Assembly: GCF_006345805.1 (NCBI RefSeq)
Contig: NC_043000.1
Coordinates: 7,874,001 to 7,938,000 of the forward strand
DNA length: 64,000 bases
Origin: Octopus sinensis
Lineage: Eukaryota
Reading direction: 5' to 3'
Each line of letters starts with the position of its first letter. Position 1 is the first letter of the stretch. A model generated the notes under the pieces. The model worked only from the letters and a program-made list of their open reading frames with translations. It searched no databases and was not told where the DNA came from. Below, one piece after another: positions 38,501 to 53,132 of this stretch. The position numbers were made by a program, and so were the translations under genes.

Positions 38501-39830
38501 AAGGTTGTAAGCACTACATCCTTGTCCTGTAACTAACTTATATACGAAAAAAAAAAAAAAATCTGAACTGGTAGTTCTTTGAGTTTATTAAAATATTCAT
38601 TACAGGAAGAAATTTTTTACCAGTAAATGTAGCATTTGCAAACAACTGGCAAAATATACTTGATTTTGCTCTTCTCTTAGGGAATTTTAATTGCAGTTTT
38701 TTAGTTTCTGCTTGGTACACACATGGGAAAACCCTCCTCCTTGCACACACACACACACACACACACTTGCTGAAATGTATTGGTTGTGCCTTAGGGTTGA
38801 TGCAAGTGATATTGGATTATCACTACAGCATATGATCTTTCTATATATCTCCCTCGCTCATTCTCTTTGCCTGCTTTCTAATATTTCAGTAATATACAGG
38901 TTGTATGTGTAGTAGAAATCTGAACAAAAGTTTTCTATTTCAAAGTGTGTATATATGCAGGTTAAAAGGGGAAAAAAATAATAAAGAGGAAGAAAAGCCT
39001 ACATCCAAGAAATAATATTCTTTTTCATCCTCTGTGAAATGATATGCAGTTTGAAGTGGAATTATAAATGAAATTGTCTGTGAGGTGTAAATTAAATCTG
39101 GTTGGTGCATTATTAGCTATATATAATATATTAAAGCAAAGGAATACTTTATGAGATTAAAGATTAAAGACTGAGATTTATAAAGTTGTAGATGATTGGC
39201 ATCATTCTTAGCAATATATACGCTTGTTCCATGCTTGATTCACAAAATTTGCAGTTTCAAATCCTTGATTTTCTTTCCATTTGCATCGACTATAACACAA
39301 ACACTTTAATCTTTTCATTATCATATTCCTGTTGAAACAAACAGCCTTTGTCTCAATTAATTCTAACGATAATGAAGGATTTATTAAAATAACTTCATCA
39401 TTATCAAGCCAGCATTTGGAATATAAATCCATATCAAATTTTAATGGAAGGTTTTAGTTGTGATCATTTTAAAAGAGGGATTATTGTCTAAAACAGCCTG
39501 GAAGAGTCCCATGCATGTCTAAGCTAAGCCAAAGTTGAAAGAGGAAATAATGGAGTTAGCTTTGCAATCCAGCAAAAAACTTGGCAATTTCAGTGTTTCT
39601 GGTCTCCCCCACCCCACCAGTATTTGACTATTTCCTTTAGTCAATACACAGTGATTGCTTATAAGCTTTAAGCTTATAAAATATTATTATTTACAGAATA
39701 TATATATATAAAAGATAGTTATGGCTGATTCATAGGGGTTACATAGTGTTTCATGTGCATAGACTGCTTGGCTTTACAAACATCTCGCTAGACCCTAATT
39801 GCTGGTGGCCTATAACGTCTCCTATATGTA

Positions 39831-40035
39831 TGAGGGGTGCTGAAAAGTTCCTGGCTTTGGGCAAAAGAAAATACAGGAGGATCAGCTAATTATGGTTTTA
39901 TCTAACTTATTCCCTTCTCAGATTCACACACTTATTGCAGTGGTCCTTCAGTTCCTGTAAAAGAACTGGGAAGGTTTGGCCTCCAACCAGGCCTTTCACA
40001 ATACCCATAAAGCCAGGAACTTTTCAGCTTTCCCT

Positions 40036-40037
<2 letters not shown>
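39831..40037. mobile_element. mariner-derived MITE
   Basis: TIRs GAGGGGTGCTGAAAAGTTCCTGGCTTT / AAAGCCAGGAACTTTTCAGC, with TA on the left. Confidence 0.75.
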
Positions 40038-40078
<41 letters not shown>

Positions 40079-40199
40079 TTTAACACAAATTTGTTTTTCA
40101 CTGTTTTTAGCATTCCTGATGTCAACAGAAGCGTAGCTGAACGGTTGAGAAGCACATCTCACAGCAATGAGGTTTCAGGCTCAATCCTGCCACTAGAAT

Positions 40200-40996
40200 C
40201 GACTTGATGCAACCCTCAGGCATCAGTATGCTGACCGTTGTTGCTCAGTAGGGTTATACTGTCACGTGGTGCATTTTTGTTTTGTAGTGCTTTTACCCTG
40301 TTCCTTGGTTTTTGCGATGGTTGAAATGAAGGAACAGTGTGCTTCCATGAAATTCTGCTTTCTGTTGGGGTAAACGGTGGCCAAAACAATTGTCATGTTT
40401 CAAACAGTTTATAAGAATGCTGCCATGGGCAAAACGCAAGTTTAGAAGTGGTTTTCACGTTTTAGGAATGGTCACTTGTTGCTTGAAGACCATCCTTGTT
40501 CAGGGCATCCGTTGGCCTCCCGAGCAAATGAAAACATCATGAAAATTCATGAACTGATGGTGGAGGACCATTACCAAACAACTGATGAGCTTGTTGATAT
40601 GACTGGTGTGTCCTGGAGCTCCTGCTAACAAATTTTGATTGAGAAATTGAGAATGAAAAGAATTGCAGCAAAATTTGTGCCTCGTTTGCTCACTGAAGAT
40701 CAAAAACAGTCACAACTGATTGTGTACTGTGAACTTAAAAAACAGCTGGAAGTTGATCCAGACCTCTTTTTGAAGATCATCACTGGTTCTATGGAATTTA
40801 CAGATGTGAAAAAGTTGAAGAAAAAGTGATGGTGGCACTAAAAAGTATTACTTCGCAAGAGTTTCAGAATTGCTTTGAACAGTGGAAAAACGTGTCTGAA
40901 CTGATGCATTGCTTCAAATGGAAACTATTTTGAAAGCAATAAAACTAAGTGAATAAAATATTGCAAAATTCCAGGTTTTTGGGGGGTTCCCCCTCA
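40200..40996 (+). mobile_element. mariner transposase remnant with the catalytic domain deleted
   Basis: KFCFLLG...WFSRFRNG...SGHP...KFVPRLLTEDQK...LFLKIITG joined to a C-terminal FQNCFEQW; ends CCCCTCA-TA. Confidence 0.75.
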
Positions 40997-42119
40997 TATG
41001 TGATGAATACTCAGCCATTTACACTTAATTTAATGAATTGATTGAACAACTGAATGCTGATCATTGACACCATTGGATGATCCATCAGTGTTTGTAACAG
41101 CTGTGCTATGCAGTAGTGTCTATTAACAACTAGGTCAGACTGAACCATTGATAGTTAACCATTTTCATTATGCACACAACAGACCCACTGGCAGAATATC
41201 AGCTATTGGCCAATCAGATAGCAGTATAGTATTTTATAATGTGACTGTCTGCAATTCTTATTAAGAAAATTAGTGGGTGACAAAAATTAAAAGATGTTCA
41301 TTCTATCAATTAATTTTCTCTAATTAATATAGTTAGTACTTTACAACTTTGTGATTTAGAATTTTATTCCTTTCATCCTTCGAGTTTCAATAACAGGAAA
41401 AATAAATATAAAAACAAAAATTTTTTCCTCGTTATTAATTTCACTAATTTTAAATCGTGTATTATTAAAGATGCCTGGATATTGATTTCTATTGAAGGAG
41501 GCTGTAATCAGTTTGATTGATCTCTAAGTACTTAACTAGTACATATTTCCTTGATTCTTGTATTTTTTTGTAATCTTTTAGTCAATCGAGATGATAGTGC
41601 CCATGACCCCTCACAGGGCTTCCAGGGCTGATTGGAAGCAAAGAAGAATGTCTCTTTAAACCAGAGAAGCGACTCAAATGCTAGCAACAGAGAGGACTCC
41701 ATTCAAGACACCCAGAATGCCTTGTGGTGATGTTAAACCAGTCAGTGTATTATGTCTACCATACAAGTGAGCCATGCTGGAATTTGAACTCAGAATGCAA
41801 ACAGCTGTTACAAGCACAGCAAGGCATTCTTTCAGTCTGGCATTCTTTCAGCTCTTTCACTTCATCACTCTGGATATTTTTATTGACTGCAAAAGTATGG
41901 AAGTCAAAAGTAGATTCAAACTCAAATTGTAAAAGTAAATATTGATTTCAAATTTTGGCACAAGGCCAGCAATTTTGGGGTAGGGGTAACTGTAAAGTTT
42001 TTTAGAATGGTATTGTTGGGTAGAATTGAGAAACCAGATCTGGTCAATTTAAACATAAAACAGAATATTTTAGCTGGATATGACTGGTTTAAATACTAAA
42101 GAGTTAAGGCTTAAGGAAG

Positions 42120-42300
42120 ATTCAGCTTGACACAGAGTGTGACAAGGCTGACCCTTTGAAATACAGGTACTTCTCATTTTTGCCAGTTGAGTGGACTGGA
42201 GCAACCTGAAATAAAGTGTCTTGCTCAAGGACATGTCGCTGGGAATTGAACTCAGGAGCTTACGATTGTGAGCTGAATACCCTAACCACTAAGCCATCTA
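42120..42300 (-). mobile_element. SINE family C
   Basis: Reverse-complement match to 1378-1560. Confidence 0.65.
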
Positions 42301-42627
42301 CCTTCACATATAAACATAATTTATAATGCAAATATATTAACACAATTCATTCAGCACTGAATTTATTACTGCATGAAGAAGGTTGTGAAATGGTCATAAT
42401 CTTAAGGATGTCGAGTGGTTCGATAAATGTATTCATTTCTCGTGTCTTCTGACTTTTCATGATTTATATTCTTCTTATGTGGATCTTCTGGATTTCAGCT
42501 GCATCGACACTCTTCATTACACTTCTCTGTATTGGATTATTATGTCACCTGATACCTGAGTTCATTAGAAGATCTTTCTGTGATTGTCATGTGATTCTCC
42601 AAATCCATACCTTATACTGAAAATTTA

Positions 42628-42725
<98 letters not shown>
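42628..42725. repeat. (TCTA)n microsatellite
   Basis: Read directly from the sequence. Confidence 0.95.
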
Positions 42726-42726
<1 letters not shown>

Positions 42727-43080
42727 GTGTATATATATATATATATATATATAAAGTTTATCCAAACATGAAAACACAAAGAGAAAACACAACAACGCGA
42801 GGACGTGGAACATATATATATATATAAGAATTTTTTGTGTAATAAGATAAAATACCAAGGCTGTATAGATATTAGAGCATTTATCTATCTATAAATGCTC
42901 TAATATCTACACAGCCTTGATTTTTTTATCTTATTATGCAAAAAAATTTTATATACACATGCTGACATAGAACCAACGTTGAACCCTTTATTCGCAATAT
43001 TACCGAATCTGGAACTTAACCATGGTCTGTCATAGCACTTATTCAGCATTACCTGACACCTTTGGGTTTCAATGACACCA

Positions 43081-43151
<71 letters not shown>

Positions 43152-43310
43152 CAATATATCATATATCCAAAACAGAAGTAATAAAGTTAATGTCTGGTTA
43201 TAGAGGGACCAATGGTTTTGCATCTATGATTGCTATAACCATGTGGACGACTCATCACACTCTAGTATATGTATGTATGTATGTATACACACACACACAC
43301 ACACACATTA

Positions 43311-43666
43311 TGTCAGATTGCTCTTGGATACAACTGGTAACATGTAACCCAATACAACCTGTTGCATGGTCGGGTTGTCAGTGACTAAACTGGCAACCCC
43401 CACCAAGCTTGCTTGGCGAAGAGGGTGATTGTTGGACACACTGCAAGATTCATAATAAGACCTGTCAAAGGGCAGAAGAGCTCATCCAACAATATGTGCA
43501 CATGTGTATTAGTATTAATGCATGTATGAATGTGCAGGGACATGGAAATACCTGGATTGGTGTCCAGGCACATGCTTCGCCCACTGGCAGTTGGAGGCTC
43601 CTCTATTGTTGTCACAACATCTCTCTAGGAGAGGGAAACTCTAAGAGAAGACCTGCATCGCTGACA
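43311..43666. mobile_element. 356-bp dispersed repeat bounded by TGTCAG...CTGACA (possible solo LTR)
   Basis: 6-bp terminal inverted ends (TG...CA), homologous to 492-830; no clean target-site duplication. Confidence 0.5.
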
Positions 43667-44005
43667 ATATTCAATGATGAAGACTAGTTCTTCTTTTCGA
43701 GTTTATGCTGTCTGCATTCAGACAGTGGGATTGGATTTGTGCAAATCCTTTCTCCACTATAAAATATCAACATGCATAGGCGTCATTGAAAAAAAAAGTA
43801 AGGCCTATCACAAAAATGGCTGGTCATAGCCGTCACATGTGTGGGACTTTTGATCAGATGATGGCAATACTTGAACATGTGTTTGCAGCCATTGTCTTAT
43901 ATACATATATGTATGTATTTATAGAAATATGTATGTGTGTGTATTTTAATACTTTTACATACATATACAAAGATAAGCATATATATATATACATATATAC
44001 ACATA

Positions 44006-45209
44006 GACATGACAGAAGTAAATAGACACCCTTATAATCATCAAAATTTATTTAAATCTGAAATTGTACATTCAAATTATTTATTAATTGTTATAATGTG
44101 AATATTTAATATTTAGTTGACATGCCCTTTACGTTTTTCAAGGCAAGGACCCTGTTAAGCATGTTACTGATCAGATGACGAATATTCTCTTGAGGAATTT
44201 CTTGCCAAGTTTCATGCTGTAATCTTAAAAGATCTGGCTTTGCAGATGCTTTCTTGTTCTTTTTGCAAAGTGTCCTGTCCATAATGCCCCAGAGGTGTTC
44301 AATAGGGTTATATCTGGTGACTGGCTTGGCCATGGAATCTTTTTAATGCCATTCTTTTCCACCAAATTTTGGGTTATTTTAGCCATGTGACAAGGAGCTC
44401 CATTCTTCCATAAATAGTCTTCTTTAATAATTTCATCACTTGAGAAGATTGGAAGGAGTCCTTTCTTCAATATGGACATATATTTATCTGAGTTCCCTTA
44501 CACTCCAGCTCTGATTGACCATTCTGCCAAATTGCACCCCAGACCATCACAGAATAGCTGCCATGTTTCATTGTTGGCTGCAATCTTTTCATATCAAATT
44601 CTTGATCACAGAGTCTCCAGACCCACACTCAACCACTGTCAGAAAATACAGCAAATCTGGACTCACTGGAGAATATGACAGTGTCCCCAAAATGCTAGTG
44701 GCCTCTCAGCCATCTCATTGGCCCCATCTTTTCTCCACTTGATATTGGCTGGTTGAAGAAGTGGCTTCCTTCTCACTGCTCTGCCATTGTAACCAAGTTT
44801 GTGGAGATACCTGACAGCTGTTCTGGGACTAATAGCAACTTGTTTTGCTATGTCAGAGGCCTTGCAACGAGGGTTATCCTCCACACTTACAAAGAAAAGG
44901 ATCCTATCAGAGGGCCCTGGTCGACCTGGGGGTGGTGATGTGGACTCCTTCCCCACTCTGTTAAATTGCACAGTCACTCTATTAACTGTAGAAAGCGGAA
45001 TCCCAAAGTTTTCTGCAATTTTACACTGAGTAACTCCACCTTCAGAATGACACACAGTTCCAAGGCTTATTTTGTACATGGCATGATTAAACAGTCACAT
45101 ATAGAACCTGAAACATAAAAATATCATTTAATAAAAAATATAAACCATTACAAGTTAGAATGAACATAAAATGATGTTTTATGGGGAGTCTATTTATACA
45201 TAGACACTG
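44006..45209 (-). mobile_element. Tc1-like transposon, near full length, frameshifted (DD34E-type spacing)
   Basis: [33 protein letters not shown]...WPSQSPD, NPIEHLW; degenerate TIRs sharing AAATAGAC.CCC; TA flanks. Confidence 0.85.
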
Positions 45210-45256
45210 TATCTATGTATACACACACACATACACACATGCATACATACATATGA

Positions 45257-45300
<44 letters not shown>

Positions 45301-45495
45301 GTGTTCATACACCTGTCTTTTGTTTCTCTATAAATTCCATATCTATATATATATATATAAATTTCAACTACATATATATATCCCCTACTTTCCTTCTTGT
45401 GTGTGACCCTTCTGTCTGAGTCAGATGCCATGATAGATCGTTAGCCACTACACACATTTTTTTTCTCTCCTTGTTTCTCTCCTTGTTTTTTCTGT

Positions 45496-45537
45496 GTCCC
45501 TTTCTGTAGAAGAGCGTAGGCTCGAAACGTAAAAGAC
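45496..45537 (+). ncRNA. Atypical hammerhead-like fold inside a ~300-bp repeat next to a (TA)n tract
   Basis: GTC..TTT-CTGTAGAA-GAGC gtag GCTC-GAAAC-GTA-AAAGAC; the core deviates from consensus (A6U plus an extra A). Confidence 0.3.
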
Positions 45538-45630
45538 TTTTTCTATTCCTGAGCGTTATACTAATACATCTGTTTGTTTTGTACACCACCTGTCTTCGTC
45601 ATTTGTTTTTTTTTTGTAAACTCTCCCTAT

Positions 45631-47385
<1,755 letters not shown>

Positions 47386-47699
47386 TATATATATAAACTT
47401 CCACAGCAACAAGAAGCTTGATGTTAGCAATTTTAGCAATTTCCTGCATCGTTCTTCCCCAACTTTCCAAATGATGTTGTAGTAATTATTTTTCTGTCAA
47501 GATAGTTGCTAAGTGAAAGCAGATAATGAAATATCTCCATATGCCACATGCTTATCATATATTTGCATAATATTTATTAGTAAACATTGAAAAATATGAA
47601 TATTGATAATATTTATTCTAGTGTGTCTGTCTCGATTCAAATAAATTGATATTTAAGTAAAGCATTAGCTGTGCGAAGTAGTGCTGATTTCTAACTGTG

Positions 47700-48062
47700 G
47701 AGGGAACTTGTGGAAGAGGTAGACCCAGGGAGACATAGGACGAGGTAATGAAGCATGATCTACTGCAAGCAGCTTCAGTTGCTTAAGTCAGCGCGAGAAG
47801 AAAAATGACCGTCTTTGTTTTCAAGGTGAAAAGTGTTCCTCCATTACGATAATGCTTGGCCACATACGACAAGGATGACGTTCCAAAGGCTGGAGCAGTT
47901 TGAATGGGAAACGATGCCCCACCCACAGTATTTGCCAGACATTGCCTCATTTGATTATCATTTATTTTGCAGTTTTCAAAATAATTTGGATGGAAAAAAT
48001 ATGAATTCTGTAGATGAGGTCAGAACAATACTGGAGGAGTATCTTTCATCATGGACAAGTGA
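47700..48062 (+). mobile_element. mariner C-terminal remnant
   Basis: DNAWPH...PHPQYLPDIASFDYHLF. Confidence 0.75.
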
Positions 48063-48339
48063 TATTGTTTATATATATATTTGTACTTTTATCTCATTTA
48101 TATTTAAAAAGACAAAGCAAAAAAAAACATATATTTGCATAATACATATATACGTTACATAATATTCTTTTATTCTTTTATGCATTTCAGCCCAAAAGCT
48201 GTAGCCATACTGGGAACTATCAGTATCTGATCTCACTCCAATCACTTCTGTATTTGCTGTCTTCTCTGACTGCATATCTCAGACTACACTTTGAACTGAC
48301 TACTGTATGTTTACTGTCATCTCTCTCCTCTTGAGGGAA

Positions 48340-48700
48340 CTCTTCTGATGAGGAGACTGCAGTTGCTTGGTTTCACATCGTGGTGCCCATATGATGAATT
48401 CATCCAGAAAGTGATAACACCAGATCCTCCCCCCAGGTTGGTGTAAGTGGGGAGGTGGTCAACTGAAGATGTGGCTCATGAAAGTCAAAGCAGATATGGA
48501 GCTTGTTTCCAGCCCTTGAGTCTTGGTATTTGTTACTTGAATTGGGAATGGCTTCAACATACTACAGAATTGGTCACCGACAGATGTACATGGACTGCCC
48601 TGATCCATGATGCAGTGAACTCAATGGGAGCTGGCTTGACCCCTCCTGGATGAATGCCATTACAAAACAAGAAGAAGACAACCATCAGTATCCTTATGTT
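48340..48700 (+). mobile_element. RTE-clade LINE 3' fragment
   Basis: RRLQLLG...PPPGW.K.GGGQLKMW, ending in an AAGAAGAAG tail. Confidence 0.6.
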
Positions 48701-48759
48701 TTCAGTGACCATTCTCATGTGGTTGACTCTTGGTAAAGAAGGAAGTTAGATATTGCTGC

Positions 48760-49290
48760 CCGCTTTTTAGTTTCTTACCATGATGTAGATTCATATGAGA
48801 TCTTGGACAGTAGAAGGTCAAGTTGCTTCTTAAAACATCTCTTCCCACTCCAAGTAAATCACTCCGCACTTTCGACAAAATTTCAAATAGCTGGAGGCCT
48901 TTGAAGCCCCAGCTATTGCACTACCTGGTTATCACTCTAGACAGGACAGGTGGTACCTTCGATACAGTGCAGTGAAATCTTGTTCAGGGTTTGGTATAGC
49001 TCATAGTGCCAAAGTTTGGTGCCAGCCCGTCTAGGATCTTCATTATATATATCATCACATCTAGCCTATTCTTTGCACCAGGGAGAAGAGTCATAACTCT
49101 TTTGGTCTCTCCTAGTAGTTCACTCAAGTGTTCCATTGATGCAGTCATCCTGGTGTAGCACTGCTGAACTGCCTCAAGTTTTACCATTAATTTGACACTG
49201 AGGAGTGACCGTAGATGAGAGCAGTAGTCCAGATGGCTGAGGACAAATGTCCTCTATCGGACCAGCATAATTTCTTGTTCTCCTTTTCTG
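48760..49290 (-). mobile_element. CR1-type LINE 3' fragment
   Basis: KLEAVQQCYTR...IYIMKILDGLAPNFG. Confidence 0.65.
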
Positions 49291-49719
49291 AAAGTTCTCA
49301 TCCAGCTATTTGCTTGCACATTGCTGCTGTCATCGTTTAACTGGATGGCTGTCCAGTACATGCTAGCATGTACTGGACAGGAAATTATTTAAGGCGTGGT
49401 TTTACAGCTAGATGTTTTTCCAGTTGCCAAACCTTACCTATTTTTTCATGTAAGACATGTTTTCATTCCACAGATCTTTTGAAAATAGAGGACAACTTGT
49501 CATAATGCCAATGCATATATCCACTTCTCTCTATATATATACATGTGTGTGTGTGTTTGTATATATATATATATGTGTGTATATGCGTGTGTGTGTGCTT
49601 TTAATAATAATTAACAGCAGTTATAACATGACTCAAGGGGCAAGATTTCGTGCATTGCTAATGCTTTAAATTATTATTAATGAATATATATATATATACT
49701 TATGTTTTCAATTCTGTTT

Positions 49720-50800
49720 TCTTCTTTGCTTCAAACAGGAATGCTTCAGACACTTATGAAATGTTTCAGACAGCATATAGATGAACTGATTTGTGAGGAC
49801 AAGAGGTTCAAGGACAGTAGAAGGAGGTGAGAGATTATGAAAAGTGTGGAAGGGAGAGAGACACCAGAGCATCAGAACTGGATAAGGTGGCGAGCTGGCA
49901 GAAACGTTAGCATGCCAGGCAAAATGCTTAGCGGTATTTCATTTGCCGTTACATTCTAAGTTCAAATTCCACTGAGGTTGACTTTGCTTTTCATCCTTTC
50001 GGGGTCGATAAATTAAGTACTAGTTACGCACTGGGGTCGATGTGATCGACTTAATCCATTTGTCTGTCCTTGTTTGTCCTCTCTGTGTTTATCCCCTTGT
50101 GGGGTAGTAAAGAAATATGTATTTCGTCTGCTGCTATGTTCTGAGTTCAAATTCCTCTGAGGTTGACTTTGCTTTTCATCCTTTCGGGGTCAATAAATTA
50201 AGTACCAGTTACACACTGGGGTCGATGTAATCGACTTAATCCATTTGTCTGTCTTTGTTTGTCCCCTCTTTGTTTAGCCCCTTGTGGGCAATAAAGAAAT
50301 AAGAACATCAGAACTGGTTGAAAAAATACACAATTTTGTGGATGAAGACTGTTGTTTGTCTATAAAGACAATAAGGATACAATTTGGTGACTGTAAAAAG
50401 AATTATTTATGATCTGAAGATGTGCAAAATGTGTACAAACTTTGTTCCCAGGGTTCTAAGTGATGAGACTCCTGGTAACTAACTACCTGACAGAGATGGG
50501 TGTCAAAACTGTCCCTCATCCTCCCTACAGTCTAAACCTTGGTCACTGTGATTTTTGGTTGTTCCCCAAGCAGAAGGAAAACGTCAGAGGCAGTCGTTTT
50601 GAGGACAATGAGAAGATGAAAGACTGTGGCAAAGGTCCTGGACACCATCCTTTTGGAGGACTTCCATGGGGCCTCCATGAAATGACTGACATGTAACAAG
50701 TTTATTGAAGTCAGTGGCTCCTACTTTGAAGCAGATTAGAGTTTTGTACTTCATTGAAATTAATAAATGTCTCATCTGAAAAAATCTGAAAACTTCTGCA
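49720..50800 (+). mobile_element. mariner remnant interrupted by a SINE B dimer
   Basis: FVPRVL and VPHPPYS.NL...DFWLFP motifs; mariner-like sequence on both sides of the insert. Confidence 0.7.
49882..50305 (+). mobile_element. SINE family B dimer with 12-bp target-site duplication
   Basis: CATCAGAACTGG at 49870-49881 and 50306-50317. Confidence 0.9.
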
Positions 50801-51100
50801 ATGCACATTATATTTATGCATTTATGTAAGCAGTATGTATGTGTGTGTTTAGAGAGAGAGAGAGAGAGACTCGCACAAACACAAAGACACACACACACAC
50901 ACATACATGCATATATTTAATGAGTTACAAAATGAATGTCACTCATTTGTAAACATCTATAAACCATTGAATTGTTCCAAAAGTTCATATCTGTCTGATG
51001 ATCAGTTACATGAAGCTTAGTAACAGCTTGTGAAATTTTTCAGTTTCAATAAAACACTATGTGTATGTGTTTGTATGTATGTGTATATATATATATTCTA

Positions 51101-51152
51101 GCAAAAACTGTCTGATGAACGGCAACGAGAAACTCAGAGTAACAGATTTTGT
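51101..51152 (+). ncRNA. Minimal type I hammerhead ribozyme
   Basis: GCAAAA.CTGT-CTGATGA-A CG gcaa CG A-GAAAC T cag A GTA-ACAG.TTTTGT; predicted cleavage after 51141 (GUA). Confidence 0.6.
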
Positions 51153-51179
51153 TGAATTTTCTGCTGCTTAAAATAAAGT

Positions 51180-51225
51180 ATATATATATATATATGCGTA
51201 TGTATATATATGTGTGTGTGTGTAA

Positions 51226-51267
<42 letters not shown>

Positions 51268-51290
51268 ATATGTGTGTGTGTGTGTGTATA

Positions 51291-51352
<62 letters not shown>

Positions 51353-51400
51353 TATGTATATATATATGTGTATGCATATGTGTGTGTGTATATATATATG

Positions 51401-51462
<62 letters not shown>

Positions 51463-51518
51463 TATATATGTGTGTGTATATATATATATATGCATGTATA
51501 TGTGTGTGTGTGTGTGTG

Positions 51519-51564
<46 letters not shown>

Positions 51565-51615
51565 TATATATGTGTGTGTGTGTGTGTGCGTATATATATG
51601 CATGTATATATATAT
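51180..51615. repeat. (TA)/(TG) compound microsatellite block; similar blocks at 55500-55900, 56040-56340, 56680-57240 and 61440-61715
   Basis: Read directly from the sequence. Confidence 0.95.
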
Positions 51616-51619
51616 CCTC

Positions 51620-52575
51620 ACCATCATCATTTAACATTCGTTTTCCATGCTGGCATGGGTTGGAGAGTTTGGCTGAAAACTGGTAAGCGGGGGAGATGCG
51701 CCAGGTTCCAGTCTCATTTGGTATGGTTTCTACAGTTGGATTCCCTTCCTTGTGTCAGCCACTCCAAGACTGTAAGTGGGTGCTTTTACGTGCCACTAGC
51801 TTGGGTGCCAGTTACAAAACACCAGCATCAACCATGACTACGATCTCACTATGTCTGACAGGTCTTCTTCAGCACAGCATATTGCCAAAGGTCTTCATTA
51901 CTGTCACTGCCTTTGTGAAGCCAAAAGTTTGAAGAGCACTTTTTACGTGCCACCGGCACTGGTATCGGCAGTAACTATGATTTCACTTGGCTTGGCAGGT
52001 CTTCTCAACATTTGAAGGAGTTCTTTTTACGTGCCAGTTGTGCAGCATTGGCATCAGCTTCAACAGTGATTTCACTTGGCTTGATAGGTCTTCTCAAGCA
52101 TCACTTGTCATTGCCTCTGTGAGGCCCAACGTTCGAAGATCATGCTTCACCATCTCATCCCATGTCTTCCTGGGTCTACCTCTTCCACACCTTCCCTCCA
52201 CAGTTAGAAATCAGCATTTCTTCACATCACTACACCAGTGCAGTCATTTCTCTTTGTGCATCACATCTGATGCCTCATGCCCACATCCAGTGAAGCATAC
52301 TAGTCTCATTTCTTTCAAGTCTTGACTTGTCCTCAGCAGTCACAGCCCATGTTTCACTGCTGTGTAGCATGGCTGTTTGCACACAGGCATCATACAATCT
52401 GCCTTTCACTCTGAGGAAGAATCCTTTGTTATCAATAGAGGTAGTATTTCTCTCTGAACTTTGCCCAACCTATTCTTATTCTAGCTGCTATGCTTTTGGA
52501 GCATCCACCCTCACAACTGACTTGGTCACCTAGGTAGTGAAAGCTATCAAATACGTCGAGTTTTCCCCTCTGACA
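51620..52575 (-). mobile_element. 5'-truncated RTE LINE: ORF C-terminus, modular 3'UTR and (ATG)n tail
   Basis: LRVKGRLYDACV.TAMLH.SETWAVT...RLERNE...GRGRPRKTWDEMVKHDLRTLGLTEAMTSD, then repeated GCACGTAAAA modules and the CCATGCCAGCATGGAAAAC tail. Confidence 0.85.
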
Positions 52576-52732
52576 TCTATCTGATGGAATCTATTTTCTG
52601 TACATTTTTGGCATTAATTGTATCACTGCACCTTCCACACACAAAAACTATTTTCCCTGTTGACCTGATATTGCTGCACCTCTTATGTGTCCATAGCTTA
52701 CACCAGGCACATCTTCTGGAGTTACTATTCAA

Positions 52733-52733
52733 T

Positions 52734-52819
<86 letters not shown>

Positions 52820-52880
52820 CGTCCGTCCGTCCGTCCGTCCGTCCGTCCGTCCGTCCGTCCGTCCGTCCGTCCGTCCGTCC
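52733..52880. repeat. Compound (TCTA)n(TCTG)n(TCCG)n microsatellite
   Basis: Read directly from the sequence. Confidence 0.95.
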
Positions 52881-53082
52881 TGTCTCATGTATATGGTTTC
52901 AGATGCTGGGGCTAAAATCCATCCTCATCAGTTATATAACTGATGAGGATGTCTTTTAGCCCCAGCATCTGAAACTAACTGATTGTCCTATTTTATATAT
53001 TTATGGATAAATTCCTCTATTTACATATTATTGAGGTCTCATTCATTCTTTTGTTGTCATATTATTATTATTATTATTATTA

Positions 53083-53123
<41 letters not shown>

Positions 53124-53132
53124 ACACACACA

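Noticed and set aside
48345-48375. CTGATGA motif as a hammerhead core
   Set aside because: No stem II or GAAA follows, and it lies in an RTE coding remnant.
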